Source: a virus (lineage: Duplodnaviria; Caudoviricetes). Taken from it: 24,655 nucleotides of DNA. The notes under the pieces are model-generated. The model did not search any database, was not told the origin of the DNA, and was given only the letters and a program-made list of their open reading frames with translations. The translations under genes were made by a program, and so were the position numbers. Location of the stretch: positions 1-24,655 of IMG/VR virus record IMGVR_UViG_3300032017_000004; one strand, given 5' to 3'. This document shows positions 8,806 through 17,916 of the stretch, piece by piece (the first letter of the stretch is position 1; the number at the start of each line of letters is the position of its first letter).

Positions 8806-8888
8806 TCTCCGAGACGGGACTCGAACCCGCGACTTCCCTCCCTCTGCTGGATGCCAGGGAGATAGCTCTGCCGCTGAGCTACTCGGAG
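8806..8888 (-). tRNA. tRNA-like RNA with aberrant, extended anticodon arm (identity not assignable)
   Basis: CTCCGAG/CTCGGAG acceptor stem, TA, D arm GCTC-AGCGGCA-GAGC, T arm GCGGG-TTCGAGT-CCCGT; anticodon plus variable region 33 nt versus ~22; no encoded CCA. Confidence 0.75.
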
Positions 8889-9022
8889 AAGCGCTACGCG
8901 CCGTTCTAAGGCCCGATCGGCCCGGGGTCGGTCCCTTTGCTCGGCGGACCGCCCCGGAGCCGCGAGAGGCCCCAAAGAATCGCTTCCCGGGGCCTCTCAG
9001 GTGGTTGTGCTACCCGCGAGGG

Positions 9023-9955
9023 TTAGAACGGCGGCTCGTCCTCGCCGCCCTCGGCCTCGACGATCTCGTCCTCGACGAGCTTCGCCAGCAGCTTCTTCTT
9101 GCCCGCCGGTCCCTTGTAGGGGGCCAGCTCCTCGGCGGTGTACTCGAACTCGACGGCGAGCTTCTTCAGCTCGACCAGGGACATGGCGGAGGCGTCCTCG
9201 TAGGAGACGACGTCGTCAGCGTCCTCGCCGTCGCCGTCCTCACCCGCGTCCTCCGGCTCGTCCTCTTCGTCGTCCTCGTCCTCCTCCGGCTCCTCTTCGG
9301 GCTCCGGCTCGGCGACGGGCTCGGCCTTGCGACGGCGGCTGACCGGGACGGGCGTCGGAGTCGGGTCCTCCTCGACCTCGTCCTCCTCTTCCTCCTCGTC
9401 GAAGTCCTCGTCCAGGTCCTCCTCGTCCTCGTCGTCCTCCGGCTCGTCGTCGACCGGGGCGGCGGACGCCTTCGGCTTCCAGCCGGGGATGATGTCGGCG
9501 GACTCGGCCTTCCAGGGGGCCTCCTCGCCCTCCGGCACGCCGTAGGTGTCGCGCTTCCGCTGGAAGGTCATGCCCGCCGTCGCACCGACCGGGTTGCGGG
9601 TGCCGACCTTGGTGATCTTGCCGCCGTCGTCGATGTCGTCGTGCGTGAGGTCGGCCGCGTTCTTGCCGCAGACCGCCTGCATGTACTGGGCCACGCGGGC
9701 CTGCTGGATCTCGTGCTCGCCCGGGACGACGTTGTGCCAGACGGTGAAGCCCTTGCACTCGCCGCCGGTGATCTCCCACATCGAGCGGATGTACGGGGTG
9801 CCCGGGTTCTTGGAGTTCTCGCCGGTCAGGCGGACGGCCGCCGACTTCTGGGTGACCGGGTAGATCACGCCGTTCTTCGGGATGGGGCCGTCATAGGGGG
9901 AGAACCCGGTGTCCGTGGAGACCTTGTCGCCAACGCCGAACTTCGTCTTCGCCAT
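9023..9955 (-). CDS. single-stranded DNA-binding protein (DUF669-like) with acidic linker
   Basis: Follows AAA_24 ATPase; OB-fold-like N-terminal domain, D/E-rich linker, ends EDEPPF; start ATG 9955. Confidence 0.75.
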   Translation of the reverse strand: MAKTKFGVGDKVSTDTGFSPYDGPIPKNGVIYPVTQKSAAVRLTGENSKNPGTPYIRSMWEITGGECKGFTVWHNVVPGEHEIQQARVAQYMQAVCGKNAADLTHDDIDDGGKITKVGTRNPVGATAGMTFQRKRDTYGVPEGEEAPWKAESADIIPGWKPKASAAPVDDEPEDDEDEEDLDEDFDEEEEEDEVEEDPTPTPVPVSRRRKAEPVAEPEPEEEPEEDEDDEEDEPEDAGEDGDGEDADDVVSYEDASAMSLVELKKLAVEFEYTAEELAPYKGPAGKKKLLAKLVEDEIVEAEGGEDEPPF

Positions 9956-9969
9956 GCTGTTACTACTCT

Positions 9970-10746
9970 CTACTTGGCAGCGGTCGCCGGGCGGCGAACT
10001 GCAGTCTTCTTGGCGGCCGTGCGAGCGGCCGGAGCCTGGATGATGGCCTGCATCTGCGGGACGGTGATGTCGTCCTTGTACCGACCGAGCTTGTTGAACC
10101 GGTCCTTGCCACGGAGACCACCGGCGTGCGAGAAGTACATCCTGCGCACTTCCTTGCCGTTGACCTCCTTGGTCACGCCGTAGCCCGCGACGTTGAAGTG
10201 ACCGAGGGCCTGCTGTGCGACCTCGCCCTTGCCGCCGTGGACGTACGGGAGCGTGTAGGTCTCGCCCTCGTCGTCTTCCAGGTGCATGGGGTGGGCGGTG
10301 AAGAGGCTGTTCATGGGCAGGTCGTTGAACATCATGATGAACTTGATGATCTGGATCTGCGCCTTCTGGTGCACGTCCATGGACGGAACGTCCGGGTCGC
10401 GCTTGCCGGGGTTGGCCTTGTACGAGGCCTCCAGGGCGGACCTCTGCAGGATCCGCTGGGCTCCGCCGACCGTGTCGACGATCACCCAGTCGTACTCCTC
10501 GTGTCCTTCGTCCCGCAGCCACTTGTAGGCCTCTTCGAGGTCCTTGGTGCTGCGGATGACCCACTCGTCGGCGTCCGAGCCGAGCGAGGAGGCGGACAGG
10601 GTTCCCTCCGGGTCGCAGACGAGGAACAGGCCTCGATCTGCAGTACCGGCGAACACCGTCTTGCCCCATCCCGCGTCGGCCACGATCACCGCGTGGATGT
10701 AAGCCTTCTTGCCCTTCACCGGCTTGATGGCGCTAGGCCGTGGCAC
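9970..10746 (-). CDS. AAA_24/Sak4-like (RecA-like) ATPase
   Basis: ADAGWGKT Walker A, DPEG, WVIVDT Walker B, FTAH, GKDR; located between Cas4-like nuclease and SSB. Confidence 0.85.
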   Translation of the reverse strand: MPRPSAIKPVKGKKAYIHAVIVADAGWGKTVFAGTADRGLFLVCDPEGTLSASSLGSDADEWVIRSTKDLEEAYKWLRDEGHEEYDWVIVDTVGGAQRILQRSALEASYKANPGKRDPDVPSMDVHQKAQIQIIKFIMMFNDLPMNSLFTAHPMHLEDDEGETYTLPYVHGGKGEVAQQALGHFNVAGYGVTKEVNGKEVRRMYFSHAGGLRGKDRFNKLGRYKDDITVPQMQAIIQAPAARTAAKKTAVRRPATAAK

Positions 10747-10909
10747 TCGTCGTCTCCTTCATCGTGCCGATCCTCTCCTCGATCTCGTCGAGTCGCACGC
10801 GCATGAAGTCGTGGTCCTCCTGCGAGATGTGCTTGGCGCCGAGCGCCCGTCCGATCCTACGTCGGAGCCGGTTGCACTCCTCGACCCCCGCGTCCTTCAC
10901 GCTTCTCAT
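10733..10909 (-). CDS. hypothetical protein (58 aa)
   Basis: Hand translation MRSVKDAGVEECNRLRRRIGRALG...; ATGA-coupled to nuclease stop. Confidence 0.7.
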   Translation of the reverse strand: MRSVKDAGVEECNRLRRRIGRALGAKHISQEDHDFMRVRLDEIEERIGTMKETTSATA

Positions 10910-11901
10910 GCGCTCTTCCTGTTCTCTCGGTGATCCGCGTACGGGTCACGCTTGCGGTATACGGCCTCCTTGTACTCCTCCACATCAGCCCCCGCCTCGT
11001 GAAGCAGGCACATCTTGTAGAACTCGCAGCGCCACTTGCAGTCGCGGGTGGGCCGCTTGTACATCGGAAGGAGTCCGGAACGGAACGCCTCCATGTGAAG
11101 CGCTTCGTTCTGAATTCGTTCTTCCATAATCTTACGCTCTTCGGCCGACCTCCAGATTTCCTCTCGCAGGAAGTTCGCAGGAGGCTGGTTCTTGCTGACC
11201 GAACCGTTCTTGTTGAGTGCCTCGCCCTTTGCATTCCGTGGCCTGTCGTCGGCCAAGCCCTTTCGCATGAAGTTGTACATGATGCCCGAGATGGACTCAC
11301 GCGGCCCGATGAGGCCCTGCTTGCGGAGGACTCGCGTCGCGACCATCCAGTATGAACCGGCCTGGTCGTCGAGCGGGAGATGCTGGGTGTCGATGCTCGC
11401 GGCGGTCTTGTGCTCCATGAGAAAGATCTCGCCGGTCCGCAGGTCCCTATAGACCCCGTCGAACGTGCCGACGTAGCGGACCAGAGCCTTCAACTTGTCG
11501 CCGGGCTTGCGGAGTTGGCGAGGGTCGGCGATGAGGAGGCGGAACGTCTGCTCCGTGGCGATGACGTCCCAGTGGTCATCCTCGCCGTAGTGCTCGACGT
11601 ACCCCTCCATCATCGCCTCGCCCAGGGCCTTGGCGTCCATGTACTTGCGCTCATCCTCGTCGTACTCCATGGGGATGAAGCGCTGCTCATCGGCGCAGAA
11701 GTCCTCCCAGGTGTCAGCCGGGTGAGGTCCTCGTTCACGACCCTTGCGGTACCACTCCGCCAGAGCGATGTGGATACCCTGGCCGAACCAGAGCGGGTTC
11801 GAGTCCCGCTTTGCGGCCAGTCCCTCGTTGTTGCCCCACTGCCACTTCTGGGGGCACTCCTTGAAGCTCCCCCGCTCGGAGGTGCGGAGCATCTGGACCA
11901 T
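10906..11901 (-). CDS. Cas4-like PD-(D/E)XK exonuclease
   Basis: N-terminal ECPQKW, GQGIH, GTFDG, EHKT, DQ...Y, C-terminal CKWRCEFYKMC (four-Cys Fe-S pattern). Confidence 0.9.
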   Translation of the reverse strand: MVQMLRTSERGSFKECPQKWQWGNNEGLAAKRDSNPLWFGQGIHIALAEWYRKGRERGPHPADTWEDFCADEQRFIPMEYDEDERKYMDAKALGEAMMEGYVEHYGEDDHWDVIATEQTFRLLIADPRQLRKPGDKLKALVRYVGTFDGVYRDLRTGEIFLMEHKTAASIDTQHLPLDDQAGSYWMVATRVLRKQGLIGPRESISGIMYNFMRKGLADDRPRNAKGEALNKNGSVSKNQPPANFLREEIWRSAEERKIMEERIQNEALHMEAFRSGLLPMYKRPTRDCKWRCEFYKMCLLHEAGADVEEYKEAVYRKRDPYADHRENRKSA

Positions 11902-12122
11902 TACAGCTTCAGCTCCTCGTTGGCGAAGAACGGGATGATCTGGCTGTAGCTCACCAGGGAGCCCTCGTGCGACTGACTCCAGCCGAGCTGAGGACCGGTC
12001 GACCAGGTGCCCTTGAGCATCGGGTCGTGGACCTCGGCCTTGTGCCGGGTCGTGAAGGCGCCACGGAAGATCGGGGCACCCTCAGCGGGTCTGGTGACGA
12101 GGGCGAACAGCGGAAGTGACAT
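11901..12122 (-). CDS. hypothetical protein
   Basis: 73 aa, AGGAG RBS, TAATG overlap with next gene. Confidence 0.7.
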   Translation of the reverse strand: MSLPLFALVTRPAEGAPIFRGAFTTRHKAEVHDPMLKGTWSTGPQLGWSQSHEGSLVSYSQIIPFFANEELKL

Positions 12123-12142
12123 GATGTGCTCCTGGTGCGCGA

Positions 12143-12180
12143 GGAGCCCCTGGCCGATTCAGCAGTGGGCCAGGGGCTCC
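12143..12180 (-). terminator. stem-loop after paralog 1
   Basis: ggagcccctggcc-N12-ggccaggggctcc, 13-bp inverted repeat. Confidence 0.6.
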
Positions 12181-12214
12181 TTGTTCTGTGTTGGTGGTAC
12201 GGCGGACGTGCGAC

Positions 12215-12748
12215 CTACAGGTCGTCGTCCTCGTCGAAGTCGTCCTCGACGACCGGCGCGGCGGGAGCGGCCTTGGCGCGACGGCGACGGGTGGACGGCT
12301 TGGGAGCCTCCTCCTCGACCGGCGCGGCAGGGGCAGCGGCACCGCGACGGCGACGCGAGGGCTTGGCGGGGGCGTCGTCCTCGTCGGCGGCGGGAGCAGC
12401 GGCCTTCGCAGCGGCGTCCGCCTCCTTCTTGGCCTTCGCGGCGGCGGCACGGGCGGCCTTGTCCTTCTCGGCCTGCTCGCGCTTCTCGGCACGCTCCTGG
12501 GCCTTCTGCGCCCGGGTCTCGACCGCCTTCTCCGCGTCCGCTCGGCGCTTCTCCAGGGCCGCCTGGTTCTCCGGCGACTTCTGGAACTCGATGCGCAGGG
12601 AGCAGGCGAGCTGGACCGTCTTCAGGTCGACCTCGTCCTCCTCCAGGCCGACGTGCTCGACGAGCCAGGCAGCGAACCGGCGGTGCAGCTCGGTGGGCTC
12701 CTTGTCGGCCAGATGTGCGAACTGCGGGCCGTCTTCGGTGTTCGTCAT
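12215..12748 (-). CDS. unknown protein, PTELH family paralog 1
   Basis: PTELHRRFAAW...DLKTVQLA...EFQKSPENQA plus A/K/E-rich tail; ATG 12748 with GGAG RBS. Confidence 0.85.
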   Translation of the reverse strand: MTNTEDGPQFAHLADKEPTELHRRFAAWLVEHVGLEEDEVDLKTVQLACSLRIEFQKSPENQAALEKRRADAEKAVETRAQKAQERAEKREQAEKDKAARAAAAKAKKEADAAAKAAAPAADEDDAPAKPSRRRRGAAAPAAPVEEEAPKPSTRRRRAKAAPAAPVVEDDFDEDDDL

Positions 12749-12770
12749 GAGGTTAATCTCCATCGTCGAT

Positions 12771-12791
12771 TCGCTTACGAGTAGAACTATA
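12771..12791 (-). promoter_or_regulatory. repeated promoter motif P1
   Basis: TATAGT -10 followed by TCTACTCGTAAGCGA; no clear -35. Confidence 0.7.
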
Positions 12792-12819
12792 CTCCGAAAA
12801 GTCGAAGCGAGTTCCGCTC

Positions 12820-12987
12820 TTATTTGGTGTCCTTTTGGACATGGCACTGGCAGTAGCGGAGTCGAATTCCCTCTGCAGCTTTGAACCTGGCCAGGGCGTC
12901 TTTCTGTCCCAGTCGATAGCCCACCTTGCAGGCGATCGGGGGCAAGGTCATGATCGAGATGAGGACGAATGCATCGAGCGGACTCAC
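12820..12987 (-). CDS. small putative membrane protein (55 aa)
   Basis: GTGA-coupled to helicase stop, AAGGAG RBS; MSPLDAFVLISIMTLPPIAC... Confidence 0.6.
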   Translation of the reverse strand: MSPLDAFVLISIMTLPPIACKVGYRLGQKDALARFKAAEGIRLRYCQCHVQKDTK

Positions 12988-14882
12988 TTGGTCTCCTTCA
13001 GCAATCGGATTGCAAACTCAACCCCTCGACGGCCGTCGAGAAGAATCTTCTGCACCTCGTCCTTGCCGATGTTGCTCGCGGCGATGCGCTCATCGATCGA
13101 GCCACGGGCGTACAGGTAGTGGATCATCACATTGTGGATACGGGACACGCGGTGGATGCGGCCCTCTACCTGCTCCTGATCGTCTGGGACGTAGGTCTCA
13201 TCCATGAAGAACAGCTCGTCGCAGTGCTGGTCAAGGTCGATGGCGACACCGCCTGCCAGCGTGTTGATCAGCATGATCCGTGGCCCGCCCGGGGCCTGGA
13301 AGATCTCCTGCGCCTTGAGCCTCTGAGCCGGGGTGACCGCACCGGTGATGCGCATGGTGGGCACCTTGAGCTTCTCGAATTCGTCCGCCATCGCGTTGAT
13401 CACCTTGGTGAACTGCGAGGCGATGACGTACTTCTTGCCGTCGTCGTACCGGCTCGATGCGGGGCCTACGATGCCGCGTTCCTCCAACAGCTCAAGCAAT
13501 ACGTTCCACTTGCAGCTCTTGGAGAGAACCGGTCCGCTGGTCCCCTGGTACGCCGTCGCGATCTGCTTGAGCATCGTGAGCTCGGCCAGCGCACCTGTGA
13601 TCGTCATGTACTTCTTGCCGAACATGGCCTCGCCCGCTTCGCGCATCTCGTCATACTGACGCTGCTGCTCGGGGCTGGGGTCGCACCAGTGCTCGACGAG
13701 TTGGCGCGGCGGGAGGTCGGGGGCGACTTCCGCCTTGGTCCGGCGGAGCATCACGTAGTCCAGCGAGCGATACAGGGCCTCGCGCCTGTGCTCCGCGATG
13801 CCCCCGATCGTGTTGCCGAACTTGCCCTCCTTGACCTCCAAGTACTGCTGCGACCATGTCCACTTGGAGGTATACCGCTTGGGGTTGAGCCAGTGCAGCA
13901 CGCCCCAGAAGTTCGCCGGGATGCCCTTGATGGGCGTCCCGCTCAGGGCCACCTTGAGCCCCTCGTCGCCGTCGGCGACATCCAGACGACACAGACCCTC
14001 GCCCACCTGGGTCTTGTTGTGCGTGCCCTTGATCCCGCTGAGGAACCGGTGCGCCTCATCGACGGTCACCGACGTCCAGCGGAAGTCGAACAGGCCGGGG
14101 AACTTGGTCTCCCAGGGGCGAGGCTGCGTCTTGTGCTGGTCGTCTCGGTGGTCGATGTCCTGCTGAGGCTCAGTGAAGTCCTCCTCAAACATCTTGCACT
14201 TGGGGCACCAGCGCCCCATCTTGATCCGAGCGGTCTCGGGATTGATGATGAGGAACCGAGGACCGTCCGCAGCCTTGGCAGCCTCGATGGCTGCAGCCTT
14301 CTGCTTGGGCGAGCCATGCGCCGTGAACACCTGGAAGTCAGTCCACTTGCGAACCTCCTTCTCCCAGGTGATGCGGATGGCCGTGGCCGGACATGCCACG
14401 AGATGCGCACCGTCCTCGATTCCTCGCTCGACGATCCCACCCAGAGTCTGGATAGTCTTGCCGAGCCCCGGCTCGTCGGCGAGCAGGACCCCTCCGTCAG
14501 GCTGACGCGCCATGAAGGCCGCGCCCACCCGTTGATATGTCCTGCTCGACATCGCACCGGCGATCTTGGGGAGGATGTCGGCCACCCGGTCGAGCTCGGT
14601 GTCCGAGAGCTGGCCGAGGGCCCGCATCTCCTGCTCCTGCCGAGTCGCCTTCCAGGCCCACTTGGTGAGCCGGGGACGAACGATGAGCATGTCCGTGAAC
14701 ACGACGCGCAGGAGCCGACACGTCTGCAGCGAGAGCGGATAGGACCAGGTCCCCCGCGTCTTGCTCCAGCTCGCACCCGGCACTGCCTGGCACATCTCGC
14801 TCACGCCCATGAAGTAGGGGCTGCGCAACTCGATGCGCTCCCCATCCTCGGACAAATCGATCCTGACCATCGGACCCGACAC
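12984..14882 (-). CDS. SNF2-family (SF2) DNA helicase
   Basis: LADEPGLGKT, VDEAH, LSGTP, LRRTK, SQF, QVEGRIHR. Confidence 0.93.
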   Translation of the reverse strand: MSGPMVRIDLSEDGERIELRSPYFMGVSEMCQAVPGASWSKTRGTWSYPLSLQTCRLLRVVFTDMLIVRPRLTKWAWKATRQEQEMRALGQLSDTELDRVADILPKIAGAMSSRTYQRVGAAFMARQPDGGVLLADEPGLGKTIQTLGGIVERGIEDGAHLVACPATAIRITWEKEVRKWTDFQVFTAHGSPKQKAAAIEAAKAADGPRFLIINPETARIKMGRWCPKCKMFEEDFTEPQQDIDHRDDQHKTQPRPWETKFPGLFDFRWTSVTVDEAHRFLSGIKGTHNKTQVGEGLCRLDVADGDEGLKVALSGTPIKGIPANFWGVLHWLNPKRYTSKWTWSQQYLEVKEGKFGNTIGGIAEHRREALYRSLDYVMLRRTKAEVAPDLPPRQLVEHWCDPSPEQQRQYDEMREAGEAMFGKKYMTITGALAELTMLKQIATAYQGTSGPVLSKSCKWNVLLELLEERGIVGPASSRYDDGKKYVIASQFTKVINAMADEFEKLKVPTMRITGAVTPAQRLKAQEIFQAPGGPRIMLINTLAGGVAIDLDQHCDELFFMDETYVPDDQEQVEGRIHRVSRIHNVMIHYLYARGSIDERIAASNIGKDEVQKILLDGRRGVEFAIRLLKETK

Positions 14883-15280
14883 TAGCTTCTCCAGACCACG
14901 TGTTCCTTGCTGAACCCCGAGTTGAGGATCTTAGCCCAACATCCCGTGCACGGCTCACGAGTTGTGTACAGCATCATGCCAGGCTCGTAGTAACCCCACG
15001 ACTCCAGCATCTTGTCGATCGCGTTGGCCTCGGCGTGGATGGCGCAGCAGTCGTGGTAATCACCGCCACGGGGCTGTTCCTCCAGGCTCTTGAACCCTCG
15101 CGGACACCCGCCCTGGTCACAGTTGACCTGGCCGCTCGGCGGACCGTTGTAGCCGATCCAGACGTGGTAGTTGTCGAGGACGACAACCGCTCCGACCTGG
15201 CACCGGACACACGAGCTCCGAGTCGCCATCGCATCTGCAACCGCCAGCCAGACTTCGGTCCAGGGTCTACGGGAAGTCAA
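14882..15280 (-). CDS. dCMP deaminase
   Basis: RSSC..QVGA, GYNG, HAEANA, PCTGC Zn-deaminase motifs. Confidence 0.92.
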   Translation of the reverse strand: MTSRRPWTEVWLAVADAMATRSSCVRCQVGAVVVLDNYHVWIGYNGPPSGQVNCDQGGCPRGFKSLEEQPRGGDYHDCCAIHAEANAIDKMLESWGYYEPGMMLYTTREPCTGCWAKILNSGFSKEHVVWRS

Positions 15281-15470
15281 TCTGGATCACCAGCCAGAAG
15301 TAGTAGGCGCTCGTGAAGATCGCGAGTGCACCGGGGACGGCGAACGACTGGTACTCATCGGGGCGGAGGAAGAACTTCCGCTGCACCCAGAGGGTCAGAC
15401 TCGCCACGCCGATGCCGAGCAGCAGCTGGCCGAGGATGACGAGGATTCCGATGAGGCCGATGGAGCTCAT
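15267..15470 (-). CDS. small membrane protein
   Basis: 67 aa, two hydrophobic segments, GGAG RBS. Confidence 0.75.
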   Translation of the reverse strand: MSSIGLIGILVILGQLLLGIGVASLTLWVQRKFFLRPDEYQSFAVPGALAIFTSAYYFWLVIQIDFP

Positions 15471-15488
15471 TGTGTTGTGCTTCTCCCG

Positions 15489-15698
15489 CTAGTTCTTGGC
15501 GATGGGCGACGAGACCGGGGCAACCGGCTTGTCCGGCTTGTCGATCTCGACGGTCGTGGTGGTCTGGAGGAAGAGGACGAGACAGGCGCCGGTCACAACG
15601 CCTGCCACGAAGTTCTTCGCTCCGCCGGTGCGCAGCTTCTCGAGGTCACCCTTGGACATCGAGACGGACGATCTGGCCGGAAGGTCCTGCCACTTCAT
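15489..15698 (-). CDS. small membrane protein
   Basis: 69 aa, one hydrophobic segment, AAGGAG RBS. Confidence 0.75.
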   Translation of the reverse strand: MKWQDLPARSSVSMSKGDLEKLRTGGAKNFVAGVVTGACLVLFLQTTTTVEIDKPDKPVAPVSSPIAKN

Positions 15699-15707
15699 TT
15701 GGACTCC

Positions 15708-15965
15708 TTAGGGGAGGACGACCATGCGCGTCGCTCCCGTGATCGGGTCGACCTGCGAAGCCACTGCCTCGCCGATCTGGGGTTCCGGGGACTCCCCCGG
15801 CTCCGGGTGCGGCACCACGTTGAGCGTGTACTCCGAGCCCATCGGGATGCCGAGCCTGGCCGCCTCAGCGACCTGGACGAAGAAGACGCCACCGAGAACG
15901 AGGGCGGCTCCAGCGAACGTGTTGATCGCCGTGATGCAGATGTCTCGGAACAGTCCGTGCTTCAT
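15708..15965 (-). CDS. small membrane protein
   Basis: Start trimmed to ATG 15965 (GGAGGGGAG RBS); hydrophobic N terminus. Confidence 0.7.
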   Translation of the reverse strand: MKHGLFRDICITAINTFAGAALVLGGVFFVQVAEAARLGIPMGSEYTLNVVPHPEPGESPEPQIGEAVASQVDPITGATRMVVLP

Positions 15966-16102
15966 GTCGCTCCCCTCCTCGGGGTGTCTGGCAGGCGGAC
16001 CCCGCCCCGGGCCGCTACGGGGTCGTAGGGCTGAGACGGGGACCGCCTGAGTACCTTGGCCCACCGGACCGGAGATCGGCCCTTAGGGATCATCCTACGG
16101 CG

Positions 16103-16702
16103 TTAGCCGTTCAGCTTGCCCCAGCAGATATCGCCAACACCCCGTTCCCGGGTGTGCTGTTGGGTGAGCGGGGACGAGCACACGCCGCACTGCCCGACCC
16201 TCTGGCCGAACAGAGCGAACGCGGCCTTGTGGTCGGCGGCGATCCTCTTGAGGATGCCGTCGTACCTGTAGATCCGCTGCTTGCGGAACTCGCCGGGCGC
16301 ACCGATCAGGGCGTTGACCCAGCGCGGCGTTCCCTCAGCGAGGATCTTGCCCACCTGGTAGAACTTGACGTCGCCGTCGTCGGTCTCCAGGGCGTACTTG
16401 CCGGGCGGCACCTCGGGGAAGTCCCCGAAGGACACCGGCTCCAGCTTGGACTGCAGGAGCATCAGGCGGATGAACTCGGCGCACTGGCCAGCGTTCATCT
16501 CGTCGATCATCCTGTGGTAGTCACTCGCCTCCATGGCGACGTGGTCGGCCAGGCGAACCCGCTCACGAGTCAGGGCCTGCGCCAGGCCACGGCGCCGTTC
16601 GCTCGGCGGCATCTCCTTCCAGGAGGGGCGCTCGATGCACGCCTTGACCTCCTTGACCGAGGCGTGGATGCCTCGGCAGTGGGCGCATCGGATCCTGGCC
16701 AT
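16103..16702 (-). CDS. Zn-finger protein (C-terminal DUF6011-like domain)
   Basis: CAHC..H at N terminus; CGVCSSPLT...RERGVGDIC at C terminus. Confidence 0.75.
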   Translation of the reverse strand: MARIRCAHCRGIHASVKEVKACIERPSWKEMPPSERRRGLAQALTRERVRLADHVAMEASDYHRMIDEMNAGQCAEFIRLMLLQSKLEPVSFGDFPEVPPGKYALETDDGDVKFYQVGKILAEGTPRWVNALIGAPGEFRKQRIYRYDGILKRIAADHKAAFALFGQRVGQCGVCSSPLTQQHTRERGVGDICWGKLNG

Positions 16703-17700
16703 CAGCCCTCCAGGGCGGTGCGCGAGCCGTCGGTGATGTCGCCCGCACGCCGACCCAGATCCGCGCGCTTGCCCTCGGCGGAGCCCCGGTCGTACGCGCT
16801 CCAGTCCATCTTGGGCGCCTTGTACTTGGCCTTGGACTTCTTGCCGTCGTCCTTGCGCTGGGAGGCGTGCAGACCGTGGAGCATCTCCAGGTCCTCCATC
16901 GCCTTCTTGACGCGGTCCTTGCGGCCGACCAGGGCGAGCTCAGCGCCGGATCCTGCCGTGCTGCGGACCTCCTTGCCGACCTTCTCCAGGTCCCACAGGC
17001 GCGTCCGGATCTCGCTGACGAACCCGTCGGCGAACGACCGGCGGAACTTCTTCGGGTCGGCGATGGCCACGTACTCCAGGCCGTTGTCGCGGCAGTGACG
17101 CTTGGCCGCTCGGATCAGTCGGCCGCCGTCCTTCTTGCCCTGGCCGCGCCCGTCGACCTCCCAGGGGGTGATCGGCCAGGACTCGGCCAGCGAGCGAACC
17201 GGCGCGTTGTACCGCGCCTGCTCCATCATGTGGGCGATGGACTGCCACTTGATCCCGGCCTCGTGCAGGGTGTAGACGTTCTCGTCGTAGCCCTTGTTCG
17301 GGTCGGCCTTGGGGTCGACGCGCTGGAGGAGCTGGAGACGGATGGAGGCGTACATCATCTCCGCGTAGTCCAGGTCCTTCTCGTAGCCGACCATGTAGCC
17401 CTCGCCGGACCAGAAGCCCAGGAACTCGCAGCCGGTGTGGTTGGCCGTGGCGGAGATCAGGGAGAACAGCTGCTCCAGCAGCGGGCTGAAGCCCTCGGCG
17501 AAGGTGATGCGGCGGGTGTCCGGCTTGTCGTCGATGCCCTGGGCCATCTTGGCCTGGGCCAGCATCGCCTCGTCGATCTGGTACTTCTTCATGATGCGCT
17601 CGGCGGCCTCGCGGTACGTCTGGGCCTCAGCCTCGATGTCGGTCGCCTCGGCCTTGTTCAGCATCGCCTGGACGCGCGCCATCAGGTTGTTGTCAGTCAC
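16702..17700 (-). CDS. DUF2786-domain protein
   Basis: RVQAMLNKAEAT..EAEA...AERIMKKYQID N terminus; FRRSFADGF; AYDRG..EG.RADL C terminus. Confidence 0.85.
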   Translation of the reverse strand: MTDNNLMARVQAMLNKAEATDIEAEAQTYREAAERIMKKYQIDEAMLAQAKMAQGIDDKPDTRRITFAEGFSPLLEQLFSLISATANHTGCEFLGFWSGEGYMVGYEKDLDYAEMMYASIRLQLLQRVDPKADPNKGYDENVYTLHEAGIKWQSIAHMMEQARYNAPVRSLAESWPITPWEVDGRGQGKKDGGRLIRAAKRHCRDNGLEYVAIADPKKFRRSFADGFVSEIRTRLWDLEKVGKEVRSTAGSGAELALVGRKDRVKKAMEDLEMLHGLHASQRKDDGKKSKAKYKAPKMDWSAYDRGSAEGKRADLGRRAGDITDGSRTALEG

Positions 17701-17711
17701 GGTTACTCCCT

Positions 17712-17768
17712 GGACTCCTCAGCATGGGTACCTTACCCACGGACACCGCTGGGTGCGGTGTTTCGTCC
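17712..17768 (-). ncRNA. type II hammerhead ribozyme HH-A
   Basis: GGAC-GAAA-CACCGC/GCGGUG-UC^-CGUGGG/CCCAUG-CUGAGGA-GUCC; cleavage 17742/17741. Confidence 0.93.
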
Positions 17769-17781
17769 TGGTCGGGATGGA

Positions 17782-17916
17782 TCAGTCGAGCACTACATTC
17801 AGCAGGACCGTGAACAGGATCCCTGCTGCGAACCCGGTGCCCACGACGACGAGGAGCAGAAGCCCGAAGGCTCTTGCGCAACCCTCGCCGTCCGGCTGCT
17901 GGAACTTCTCGCTCAC
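17782..17916 (-). CDS. small membrane protein (44 aa)
   Basis: GTGA-coupled start; FGLLLLVVVGTGFAAGILFTVLL. Confidence 0.7.
   Translation of the reverse strand: MSEKFQQPDGEGCARAFGLLLLVVVGTGFAAGILFTVLLNVVLD

Noticed and set aside
8806-8888. Calling the tRNA-like element tRNA-Met(CAT) or a YrlA Y RNA
   Set aside because: CAU is not in a canonical 7-nt loop; arm order is that of a normal tRNA and there is no Ro60 gene in the window.
10906-11901. Cas4 as evidence of a CRISPR-Cas system
   Set aside because: No cas1/cas2 or array; its position next to a Sak4-like ATPase and SSB is the usual phage recombination module.
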